Assembly: GCA_021852345.1 (NCBI GenBank) | Contig: JAJZNL010000036.1 | Location: 99,940-163,939 of the forward strand | Source: Actinomycetes bacterium | Lineage (GTDB): Bacteria > Actinomycetota > Acidimicrobiia > Acidimicrobiales > JABEUL01 | Reading direction: 5' to 3' | Length of the DNA stretch: 64,000 nucleotides | Part shown: positions 10,601-19,009 of the stretch, piece after piece | Numbering within the stretch: position 1 is the stretch's first letter | How the letters are laid out: each line of letters starts with the position of its first letter | Translations under genes and position numbers: made by a program | Notes under the pieces: model-generated | Told to the model about the DNA's origin: nothing | The model's input: only the letters and a program-made list of their open reading frames with translations | The model's database searches: none

Positions 10601-11232
10601 TTGAAAAGGAGATGCTTGGGAGATTCGTTAGCGACCATCCTCTTTTGGGGTATGAAGAGGCCTTAAAAAATTTGGGAGCAACCCCAATTGAAAATTTTAA
10701 GGTTACCGATGAATCCGATGTCGTTATGGGATCAGCGTCATCGTATACGAACATGGCTACGGTCGCTGGGTTGGTTACGTCAATTGAGAAGAGGACGACG
10801 AAAAAAGGGGATCAAATGGCCAATATTGCATTGGAGGATCTAACTGGAAGCATTGAGGTGGCGGTAATCCCTAAATATTATACGAAATTTTCGGAAATCT
10901 TGACTCCAGATGCCGTACTTTTAATTACTGGTAGGTTGGATTCCCAGGATCGAGAGGCCAAACTTGTCGCAAACGAAATATCCTGTGTAGATATCTCCAG
11001 GTTGACGATGGGACGATTGCCGGTTAAATTAAAGCTTCCCTGTAAATTTATGACGAGGAAGCGTCTGGATGTTTTGAAAAATATTTTGACGGAGCATAAA
11101 GGTGATACACCAGTAAATCTAATCATTGAACGTCAGACGTGGCGATTGCCTGCAGATTATTGGGTCAGCTTGGATTCAAATCTGTTTTCTGAACTCAGAG
11201 TTAATTTCGGAGACACTGTCATAAGCGCATGA
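7648..11232 (+). CDS. dnaE: DNA polymerase III alpha subunit
   Basis: PHP domain HLHTHTEYSMLDG, GPGRGSAAG, MPDIDMD, KMDFLGL, YAFNKSHS, OB-fold; SD-like AAAGGA before TTG; no intein seen. Confidence 0.97.
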   Translation: MTSSRNGFVHLHTHTEYSMLDGAARINDLVRIAKTDGQIGIGITDHGNMYGVLDFYKACRANDIKPIIGIEAYMARDSRFEKPQRKPRSELMDDSADGGKLYYHMTLLAENNEGYKNLMKLSSKSYLEGYYYKPRIDFEVLSQYSKGIIATSGCLGGLVLQSLLVGDSESAKKYATTFQDIFGKENFFIEIQDHGIDKQKQTNPQLIELARKIGAPLLATNDSHYCRREDSSSHDALLCVQTASFISDTNRLKFDGSEHYLKSNDEMRELFAEVPDACDNTLVIADRASVEIEFGRANLPHFKVPSNFVLGDQSESEKSYLRHLVFEGARARYGDSVPEEVVSRLDYELSVIESMGFSSYFLIVWDLIRFARESKIRIGPGRGSAAGCCVAYCLKIVDIDPIRHGLFFERFLNPGRKQMPDIDMDIDDRYRSDMIKYASSVYGEDHVAQIITFSTIKARAAVRDAARVLGFPYFLGDKIAKLMPPVVMGRDTPLWACFEEVPEHIDGYKAAKDLRNLYETDSEAKQVIEVAKGLEGLCRQDGIHAAAVVISGEELTEYLPIQRKPDSSQDASSAPIVTQYEMHGVEELGLLKMDFLGLKTLGVIDKALENIEYTSGQKIDIMSVALDDEKTYEMLRKGNTAGVFQLESGPMKTLIRRLSPTRFDDVAALVALYRPGPMAANMHHDYADRKNGVQPITYPHPDLEELLKETYGLMIYQESIMQVAQKFAGYTLTEADNLRKACGKKDRELIQAERQKFVQGCIKIGYGERIGTELFNIIEPFADYAFNKSHSYGYGLIAYQTAWLKANYPEAFLSAILSSVADDKDKTGFYLAECRDMGIKVHVPDINTSAADFTPKNYPDKEILFGLTAIRNVGEQLVERIIKERDANGEFKDFLDFCTRVDSTVLNKRALESLIKAGSFDSMDYTRQGLLVSYEKVVDLVVAKRKDKESGMTSLFDDPEMSGSIMDVSVEIPDIEFDRRALLNFEKEMLGRFVSDHPLLGYEEALKNLGATPIENFKVTDESDVVMGSASSYTNMATVAGLVTSIEKRTTKKGDQMANIALEDLTGSIEVAVIPKYYTKFSEILTPDAVLLITGRLDSQDREAKLVANEISCVDISRLTMGRLPVKLKLPCKFMTRKRLDVLKNILTEHKGDTPVNLIIERQTWRLPADYWVSLDSNLFSELRVNFGDTVISA

Positions 11233-11424
11233 ATGACATTTACTCTTAGGCTTTGTGAGGTAAAACTACGATGGTAATATCGAGGGTGCTCACGATATTG
11301 GGTGTTCACGGCAAAATATTTGTTAACTGTAAGTTCGAATCCGTGAAACCTATTTTTGTACTCTGAGTGGTCATTTAAGAGCGCTTTCAAAACTCTTACT
11401 TAAATTTTTACTAAAATATAGGTT

Positions 11425-12096
11425 ATGTCTTTTATCCTCGAGACCAAAGATGCCGCACAATTGTCAGATTCAGAGATTGAAGAGATGGCGAATCTGGCAG
11501 CGCATACTCAAGATAAGTTTGATGTTGGGTATCTGTCAAAGCAGGCCGAAGAATGGGTTTTGGTTACCAGATGTCATGAGGGCAGTAAACTTCGGGCGTG
11601 GTGTCTTTATTCCCTGGAACGCATCGGAGGAACTCCAGCGATGATCCTAGGACTTGGCTACGTTGAGTGTAATTCTAAATCGGAGATTTATCTAAAGCAT
11701 CTTTTGGGAGATCAATACCGTAAAGCCCTCTTGGCATTTCCAGATGAAGATGTTTTGGTAGGTACCAAGGTAGTAAAGCCAGAATCTTTTAAGATATTTA
11801 CCGGACTTCATGATATTATACCTGCTCCAGGACACAAGCTTACGGGCGAAGAGAGAGCGTGGTGTCGAAGACTTGCAAAGCGGTTCAATCGAGAGTCGTT
11901 CGTGGACGATCGAACATTTTTGATAACTGGCGCCGATGATTTAGGTGTATTTTTTGATTTCTGCGGACCTAAGGTTACCGTGGACAGTCACATTGCTGCA
12001 CAATTGAAACCTCTGAAAAATAAACCCAACGACGCGTTGATAGTTTGCGGTTGGGCCATGGCTGAGGATTTGGCGGCTAACAAACTTGGTTTGTAA
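11425..12096 (+). CDS. Conserved hypothetical protein (possibly GNAT-like fold)
   Basis: Clean 223-aa ORF with TAAAAT 7 nt upstream; LSKQAEEWVLV..LERIGGTP resembles an uncharacterised protein I associate with Acidimicrobiia; function not recognisable. Confidence 0.6.
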   Translation: MSFILETKDAAQLSDSEIEEMANLAAHTQDKFDVGYLSKQAEEWVLVTRCHEGSKLRAWCLYSLERIGGTPAMILGLGYVECNSKSEIYLKHLLGDQYRKALLAFPDEDVLVGTKVVKPESFKIFTGLHDIIPAPGHKLTGEERAWCRRLAKRFNRESFVDDRTFLITGADDLGVFFDFCGPKVTVDSHIAAQLKPLKNKPNDALIVCGWAMAEDLAANKLGL

Positions 12097-12196
12097 TTTG
12101 CGCATGTAGTTAATTACGTTTTGTCTAACCGCGTCTTCAGATATATTTTTTGTTTAAATCCACTACTGCCGATATATTTTCTGTAAGACTGCAATA

Positions 12197-13138
12197 ATGA
12201 CTTTTTACTCAGCTAAATCAACCGCACTTGTATTGGGTGCAGGAGGGTTGGCGGGGATGGCATATCACGTAGGGGTACTCAGAGCTTTGGAGACTTTTGG
12301 CTTTGCTCCCAACGACTGTGATCTTATAATCGGTACCTCTGCTGGTGCTGTGATAGGGGGATATTTGCGTAAGGATTATACTGTAAATGATCTTTATGGT
12401 ATGGCAGTTTCAGGTAACGGTAAAAATATGCCCAAAGTATTAAATCGGGCTGGAAAAAATCCGGTGGAATCGTTACCAAGATTGGTGGGGTCTTTATTTG
12501 TGGCTTCCCAGAGCTTGCTTAAACTGAATGCTGACAAATATGCCAATACGCTGTTGGAAAAACTTCCGGCCGGAGCATTTTGGTTGGGGGATGGAAAAGT
12601 TAAGCTCGAGCTAGATTTGGGGCAGGATTGGCCTAAAAATAAGTTTTGGGCAGTCAGCCAAGATTTTGCCAACGGTAAACGCTTCGTGTTCGGTCATGAC
12701 AATGATAAACAGGTAAGTATTTGTGACGGAATAAGTGCGTCGATCGCAATTCCGGGCATCTATCCTCCTTATTTGTATGATGGAAGATATTACGTGGACG
12801 GAGGGGCATATTCCACTTCTAATTTAGATTTAGCGGTAACTAGCGGATACACTTCCATAGTTGCAATTGTACCTATGGCCTTTGATCCATTGCGCGCTCC
12901 AAATGCCACTCAGCGACTCTTTCGATCGTTTGCAGTTAGACCACTGAGCAAGGAATTGCATCTTGCAAAGAGTAATGCCATTAAAGTAACGATGTTTAGG
13001 CCCTCCAGTGCAATTTGTGAATTGCAAGGAATTAACCTAATGAAATCAGATAATTTGGCGGCGGTTGAATCTGCTGCATTTGACGAGACGATTATGATGG
13101 TAAATTCGGGTCGCATATCTAATGTATTTGCGGCCTAA
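12197..13138 (+). CDS. Patatin-like phospholipase
   Basis: LGAGGLAG glycine loop, GTSAG nucleophile elbow, YVDGG catalytic Asp. Confidence 0.9.
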   Translation: MTFYSAKSTALVLGAGGLAGMAYHVGVLRALETFGFAPNDCDLIIGTSAGAVIGGYLRKDYTVNDLYGMAVSGNGKNMPKVLNRAGKNPVESLPRLVGSLFVASQSLLKLNADKYANTLLEKLPAGAFWLGDGKVKLELDLGQDWPKNKFWAVSQDFANGKRFVFGHDNDKQVSICDGISASIAIPGIYPPYLYDGRYYVDGGAYSTSNLDLAVTSGYTSIVAIVPMAFDPLRAPNATQRLFRSFAVRPLSKELHLAKSNAIKVTMFRPSSAICELQGINLMKSDNLAAVESAAFDETIMMVNSGRISNVFAA

Positions 13139-13301
13139 TATAAGATAACATTTACAAAGGTTCAGCAGTAGCCCGGTGTAAAATTTTAGATAGTAATAGA
13201 TAAGAGCTGTTTGATTTCTAGGCATCGACGGATGCTAGAGTGATCGTCTATATTTTTAATATCTTGGGCTGTATTGAAGACTGTATTGAAGGTTGTATTG
13301 A

Positions 13302-14141
13302 ATGAAGGTAACTGGATTGACTAAGTTGGGGATGGTAATAGGGTCGCCCATTAAGGGTTCTCTGTCTCCGATTATTCATAACGCGGCCATTGAGTCGTTG
13401 GGCTTAGATGCCATTTTTGTTCCTTATGAGCTTAGAGAAGATCACTTTAATCAATTCCTGAGCAGTGTTTGCGATGTAAATTTGTTTGGAATTTCCGTGA
13501 CCATGCCTTTAAAAACAGTTGCTGCTCAAAGTCTGAATCTTACAGATACGGCCAAACAACTTAATGCGGTAAATACAATTTGTAGTAGCGAAGGTGAGCT
13601 AATAGGCGATAATACCGACGGCAAAGGATTCATAGAATCCTTAATATTTAAATTTGATATCAAACTTAAAGATAAATCCGTATTTATCTACGGAGCTGGT
13701 GGCGCCGCTCGAGCAATTGTATATTCGTTGGTCAAAGAGGGATGCAGAAGTATTCATATCTGCAATCGTTCCGAAGACAAAGTAGCTGATTTAATTACAT
13801 TGAGCGAGAACGTCGCCGTGGCCGCCCAATTAAATGACGCATCGAGTTGCGATATTGTTGTTAACTGTACATCTGTGGGAATGAAAAATACGTCGGCTCA
13901 AGATATCGACCCGTTTAAAGATGTCGATTTCAGGGATCATCAAATAGTCTATGATATTGTTACATCTCCCACTGAAACTGCTTTATTGAAACATGCGATA
14001 AGCCAGGGAGCTCAGATAGCAGAAGGGTATAACATGCTGGTGTTTCAAGGTGTTTTGGCGTTCACAAAATTTAGCGGGATCGAAGCTCCTGTGTCCGTAA
14101 TGCTACAGGCCGTTGCGGATTGGCTAGAGTCCCAAGTTTAG
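13302..14141 (+). CDS. aroE: Shikimate dehydrogenase
   Basis: GSPIKGSLSPIIHN, SVTMPLK, AVNTI, GDNTDGKG, GAGGAARA, NCTSVGM, MLVFQG. Confidence 0.93.
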   Translation: MKVTGLTKLGMVIGSPIKGSLSPIIHNAAIESLGLDAIFVPYELREDHFNQFLSSVCDVNLFGISVTMPLKTVAAQSLNLTDTAKQLNAVNTICSSEGELIGDNTDGKGFIESLIFKFDIKLKDKSVFIYGAGGAARAIVYSLVKEGCRSIHICNRSEDKVADLITLSENVAVAAQLNDASSCDIVVNCTSVGMKNTSAQDIDPFKDVDFRDHQIVYDIVTSPTETALLKHAISQGAQIAEGYNMLVFQGVLAFTKFSGIEAPVSVMLQAVADWLESQV

Positions 14142-14377
14142 CTGTAAGTTTTGTCATACAATCGGAGAATCTTGCATCGACTTCTTCATTGGTGATTCTT
14201 TGATCCTATTAGTAAACGTTGTCGAAATTTTTGGAAAAATAGACGCTGAGGAATCCTTTATGCGGAAGACAATTAGATATATATTGTAATTAAACCACCG
14301 AAAAAAACCAAATTCACGTAAGTATTTAAGTATTTGCAAATAACAGCAATTTATTGAAACTGCTTAAATTGGCTAAT

Positions 14378-15088
14378 TTAAAAATCGTGAGTTAATTTAC
14401 GTGTTTTGTTGCCCAATTTTCTAATATCCCCGTTTGCAATGTACCAGGTAACCCCTTCTTCATCAAGAAGAACCGTAGATCGAAAACTCACCGAAGTAAC
14501 GGTTCCCGTAACGTCTAAAACGGTAATTACATCGCCGATAATAATTTGATTTTCCATAAGCAACAAAAATCCGGAAAGATAATCTTTAACTAAATTTTGA
14601 GCCCCAAATGCGAGTGCGGCTCCTACAACCGTAGCCCCCGTTAAAATCGGTGTTAAATTTAGTCCAATTACACCTAACGCTGTGACTATGGCTATGGACC
14701 AGATGAATATATCAATTATATGTCTGACTGCAAGTGTTAAGGTTGCCACCCGTTTGGCAATATCTTTTTGAGCTGCTTCGCTGTCTATGTGCCTGGACAG
14801 TATAGTTTTAACAATAAGCGTTGAACTTTTTGATCCAAAATATGTCAAAAAGACTGCAATTAAAAGAATTAGAATTAAAGAGAGAGGTTTGTATACAAGA
14901 GTCTGAATTCTTTCGGCTTGGATTGGATTAACTCCCAATTCGTTTAAAAGATTTGCCAACCAACCTGAGGTCGTCTGTAGCTGAGTTGACAAGATGTGAA
15001 ATGCAGTCGGTCGCAATGATGTTTGATATAAAAATAGAGTATTCATCTTTATCATTATTAAGCTTAATTGAAATATGAGCAGAAACAA
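14378..15088 (-). CDS. Small-conductance mechanosensitive channel family protein, short form (true start may be downstream of 15088)
   Basis: GAALAFGAQNLVKDYLSG TM3 motif and IGDVI..GTVTSVSFRST beta-domain. Confidence 0.82.
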   Translation of the reverse strand: MFLLIFQLSLIMIKMNTLFLYQTSLRPTAFHILSTQLQTTSGWLANLLNELGVNPIQAERIQTLVYKPLSLILILLIAVFLTYFGSKSSTLIVKTILSRHIDSEAAQKDIAKRVATLTLAVRHIIDIFIWSIAIVTALGVIGLNLTPILTGATVVGAALAFGAQNLVKDYLSGFLLLMENQIIIGDVITVLDVTGTVTSVSFRSTVLLDEEGVTWYIANGDIRKLGNKTRKLTHDF

Positions 15089-16256
15089 TAAATCGATATT
15101 TTATTATTTAAGACACGTAGATTATCTACTTTTGATGTCGGCAGTCGCCCTCTCTTTAATAGGTCTTGTAATGATATATTCAGTAACCAAAGCACAGGCT
15201 CCCTATTTGGGGGTGGGTCCTGATCATTATCTGATTCGGCAAGCATTGTTCTTGGTTATTGGATTTATAGTCATGTTTATGTTCATAGTGGTCGACTATC
15301 GAATTTTAGAATTCTTCGGAGTGTTGATTTACGGTTTTGCATTGTTAATGTTGGTGGTGGTAATGACTTCAGTTGGAAGTGTGGCCTTGGGTGCTCAAAG
15401 GTGGTTTCAGCTTGGTCCAATTCAAGTTCAGCCATCTGAATTTGCCGTATTGGCAGTAATTTTTATAATCGCTTATTTTGCCAGCAAAGAAGAGCAGATT
15501 GGCTTTAAGGCTTTAATAAAAATATTGGTTTTTGCGGGCATCCCCATACTTCTCGTATATAAGCAGCCTGATTTAGGAACAGCGATTATTTTAGGCGTTA
15601 CGGCATTTACGATGTTGGTCGTGGCCAATACAAGGGCTTTGCATCTTTTTCTGATGTTTGTCGCATTGATATTAGCCATTGTAATAGTGCTAAATCTGGG
15701 AATTCTTAAGCAGTATCAGGTTGACAGACTTACGGCATTTTTACATCCTAAGAATGCCCCGCCAGCCACCGTTTATAATCTTCAACAATCTGAAATAGCA
15801 ATCGGCTCGGGCGGAGCTTTTGGAACTGGCTTCGGAAAAGGTTCTCAAACAAATTTGGCTTTTGTGCCAGAACAGCAGACTGACTTTATATTTACCGCAG
15901 TCGGCGAACAGCTAGGTTTTGTCGGTTCGGCGACCGTGATCGGATTGTTTTTTATTATGGCTTGGCGATTAATCAGAGCCATATCTTTGTCGCGTGATTC
16001 ATACGGAAGGTTACTTGTAGCAGGAGCTTTGGGGTGTATTGTCTTTTCGGTGTTCCAAAATATGGGCATGACCATTGGACTTATGCCGATAACAGGAATA
16101 CCGTTACCGTTTATGAGCTATGGTGGTTCCTCCACGGTAGTGTTTTTTACAATGATTGGTCTGGCTTTAAATGTTGAAATGAGAAGAAAGTCTGGAAATA
16201 TTGGCAGGTTTATGCCACTAAAAGCGAATCAGGAACTTGAGCCCGTAATTAGATAA
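15075..16256 (+). CDS. rodA: Rod shape-determining SEDS peptidoglycan glycosyltransferase RodA
   Basis: GAQRWFQLGPIQVQPSEFA, QPDLGTA, YNLQQSEIAIGSGG, PEQQTDFIF, GIPLPFMSYGGSS. Confidence 0.9.
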   Translation: MSRNNKSIFYYLRHVDYLLLMSAVALSLIGLVMIYSVTKAQAPYLGVGPDHYLIRQALFLVIGFIVMFMFIVVDYRILEFFGVLIYGFALLMLVVVMTSVGSVALGAQRWFQLGPIQVQPSEFAVLAVIFIIAYFASKEEQIGFKALIKILVFAGIPILLVYKQPDLGTAIILGVTAFTMLVVANTRALHLFLMFVALILAIVIVLNLGILKQYQVDRLTAFLHPKNAPPATVYNLQQSEIAIGSGGAFGTGFGKGSQTNLAFVPEQQTDFIFTAVGEQLGFVGSATVIGLFFIMAWRLIRAISLSRDSYGRLLVAGALGCIVFSVFQNMGMTIGLMPITGIPLPFMSYGGSSTVVFFTMIGLALNVEMRRKSGNIGRFMPLKANQELEPVIR

Positions 16257-16290
16257 TAAATTAGGCAGATATATTTAAATTAAAATCGCA

Positions 16291-16878
16291 ATGGCTAAAT
16301 TAGAAAGTCAAGATGATATGATAGGTGAAACCGACGGCACAACATCTGAAGATATTGATCAAATCAATTCGGTTGACACCGGTTCAATAGAAAATGCCCA
16401 TTTAGAAGACGGCGAACTTGTTTTGGATAAACAAGATAGTACCGAACCTAATAATACGGGAGTTGACATATTGGCCACACGGGAGTTCGTTCAGGTCGAA
16501 CTTTTGAATATAGAAACCGTGTATCCTGATGTATTTCCAAAATTAGTACTACGGGCAGTAGATGACCCTAACTTGGAATTTGCATTTTCGGTTGGTTCTT
16601 TTGAGGCGGTTGCAATTGCGAATGCTTGGAGGAATTTAAAATCTCCGCGCCCATTGACGCACGATTTATTCGCAAACGTTCTTTATGAAATAGGCGCTAC
16701 AGTCGAAGAGGTCAGAATTTTTCCTAAAGAGCAAGGTAATTATGTCGGTCAGATATTAATTACTTATTCTAAAGGACCCAAAATGTTTGACTGTCGTCCA
16801 TCGGATGCCATAGCTTTAGCTCTTAGGCAGAAATTGACAGTTCCTATAATGTGCGCACCTCAACTTTTTGAAGAATAG
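16291..16878 (+). CDS. Bifunctional nuclease family (DUF151) protein with acidic N-terminal extension
   Basis: EAVAIA, PRPLTHDLF, DCRPSDAIALALR motifs. Confidence 0.85.
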   Translation: MAKLESQDDMIGETDGTTSEDIDQINSVDTGSIENAHLEDGELVLDKQDSTEPNNTGVDILATREFVQVELLNIETVYPDVFPKLVLRAVDDPNLEFAFSVGSFEAVAIANAWRNLKSPRPLTHDLFANVLYEIGATVEEVRIFPKEQGNYVGQILITYSKGPKMFDCRPSDAIALALRQKLTVPIMCAPQLFEE

Positions 16879-17196
16879 GTGACGTTCACGAAGTTTATGC
16901 GACAACTTTATAGTGAAATATCACAAGACTAGCGGGATGGGACTTCAAATTAATTTGTTGCAGTTGTTTCAGATGTTTAAATTACTTTGCGAAGGAGCAG
17001 TTCTAAACTTTAAAATCACAAGGCATGAGTTGTGATTTACGGCATCGAACGAATTCGTTTAATCCCATAAGCTGACTATTCTGAAAATTGATACACGGAA
17101 TAATTGTCGAGAATTTTTGTTTCAGTAATTGTCGGCTAATTTGTTACTTTAACATTTAACTGACATTAGAAGATAGAACGTGAAAGGAAGTAGGCT

Positions 17197-17397
17197 ATGA
17201 AAAGTTTCGTTGGATTTATGTCTTCTGTCAACGGCAGAATTTTAAGGGTTGTTTTGGGTTTGATTCTTATTGGAGTCGGAATGTACATAGGAGGTTTTGG
17301 TCTGATTATATCGGCAATAGGGCTTATTCCTTTAACTTTAGGAATGGCTAACAAATGCTTACTTAGTCCAGTGGTTCATCCTAAGTTGCAACATTAA
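17197..17397 (+). CDS. DUF2892 (YgaP-like) small membrane protein
   Basis: GRILRVVLG..two TM helices..GMANKCLL; SD AAAGGAAG upstream. Confidence 0.75.
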   Translation: MKSFVGFMSSVNGRILRVVLGLILIGVGMYIGGFGLIISAIGLIPLTLGMANKCLLSPVVHPKLQH

Positions 17398-17573
17398 GAA
17401 ATTGCAAACGAACCGAGTAGGTCATTAATTGGGCGCCGTAAATTTCCAGTAATGTTGCGTGCGCTAGGTAGCTGACGATTGCATAGACAATTGCTAATTA
17501 ATTCGTAATTATATTCACGCAATTTAAAACACTAAAAGGGATGCTCGATAATTGTTTATTGGCTGTTTTTAAT

Positions 17574-18947
17574 TTATACCGTATTTAGAATGTCGTCTAA
17601 ACTTCGATCGTTTGCTTCCGTCGAAATTCTCATCAGAATGGCCAGTAAAAAATAGTTAGAAATCAAAGAAGATCCTCCGTAGGACATCCAAGGAAGGGTA
17701 ATTCCAGTTAGTGGTAGCACTCGTTCAATGCCAGCGAGAATAAAAAAAGTTTGGAATCCTATTAATATGGTCAACCCGGCAGCCAGAAGCTTGGAGAATT
17801 CAGATCTTGCTGTTGCGGCTATTCTGAGCCCTGAACCTACAATTAATAAAAATCCGACTAAAATAGCGGTTGCTCCGAACAATCCAAGTTCTTCGCCGAA
17901 GGCCGCAAAAATATAGTCGCTTTGGGGTACTGGAACATAGATACCCGTTAAGCCAAGTCCCCATCCTTTACCTCCAATACCACCTCGTGCCAACGATACC
18001 ATACCTTGTATAAGTTGATACCCCGAAGGTTTGTTGGGAATTGTCCCAAAAGGGTTCGAGTACGGATGTAACCACCCGAATATTCTTGCGTTGACTTGAA
18101 CCAATACGTGCGATCCGACAAATGTACCGACGGCAAATAAAACTAAACCGACTACAACGTAGCTTAATTTTCCCGTAGCAAGCCAGATCATCGAGACAAA
18201 CAATACAAATAAAAGAAGTGAAAATCCTACGTCATGTTCGGTGCCAATGGCGAAAAGGGATAACGCAAGTGCTAACGCCAGAGGACCAAAAGGTCTTAAA
18301 TCGGGTATCATTCTGTTCCCGAAGCGCTTGGTGGAAATGGTAAGCATCTCACGTTTTTCGACAAAATATGACGCGAAAAAAATTGTCAACGTAAGTTTTG
18401 CTATTTCGACGGGCTGAAAAGCTAAACCTCCTATTACTACCCAGAGTCTGGCTCCATTAATGTCAGCTCCTACGCCGGGAACCAGAGGAGAGGCAAGCAA
18501 AATAATAGATGCCATCAGTAACAGATATCTGTAGCGATCCAAGTCTCGCGAGCGTTTGACTATGGCCATCGTTGCAATGTAAACAGTTACTCCAATGACT
18601 GTCCATAGTAACTGGTTGGGTGCTTCTGGTCGTTTATTAAATACGTCTAATCGATATATCATTACGTAACCCAAGCCGTTTAGAAGTAGTACCACAGGTA
18701 AAATTACACCATCGGCTTTGGGAACTAAAATCCAGTTGGCTACATGAGCCGCAAGACTGATTAACAATGCAACCAGAATGAATAGAAATAAATTTGATGG
18801 TATTTTGGAATGAAGAGATAGATTTACCAAAATATATGCGGAATCGACAATTAAGTTGGCGAGCAAGATCAAGCCAAGCTCACTGCGACGCTTAAAGAAC
18901 TGATTCTTTTGTTTTATCTCAATCGAAGGCGGACTGGTGGTTATCAT
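17574..18947 (-). CDS. FtsW/RodA/SpoVE-family SEDS protein (actinobacterial RodA type)
   Basis: NGARLWV, FQPVEIAKL, GYQLIQG, QSDYIFAAFGEELG, TGITLPWMSYGGSS; N-terminal RRSELGL typical of actinobacterial RodA. Confidence 0.88.
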   Translation of the reverse strand: MITTSPPSIEIKQKNQFFKRRSELGLILLANLIVDSAYILVNLSLHSKIPSNLFLFILVALLISLAAHVANWILVPKADGVILPVVLLLNGLGYVMIYRLDVFNKRPEAPNQLLWTVIGVTVYIATMAIVKRSRDLDRYRYLLLMASIILLASPLVPGVGADINGARLWVVIGGLAFQPVEIAKLTLTIFFASYFVEKREMLTISTKRFGNRMIPDLRPFGPLALALALSLFAIGTEHDVGFSLLLFVLFVSMIWLATGKLSYVVVGLVLFAVGTFVGSHVLVQVNARIFGWLHPYSNPFGTIPNKPSGYQLIQGMVSLARGGIGGKGWGLGLTGIYVPVPQSDYIFAAFGEELGLFGATAILVGFLLIVGSGLRIAATARSEFSKLLAAGLTILIGFQTFFILAGIERVLPLTGITLPWMSYGGSSLISNYFLLAILMRISTEANDRSLDDILNTV

Positions 18948-19009
18948 AAAAAATCTACTAAAATAGGCTAGCGCAATATTTATACCTATATGCGACTAGC
19001 CTGGAATAT

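Noticed and set aside
7648-11232. Intein or split in DnaE
   Set aside because: Length and motif spacing are those of an uninterrupted DnaE1
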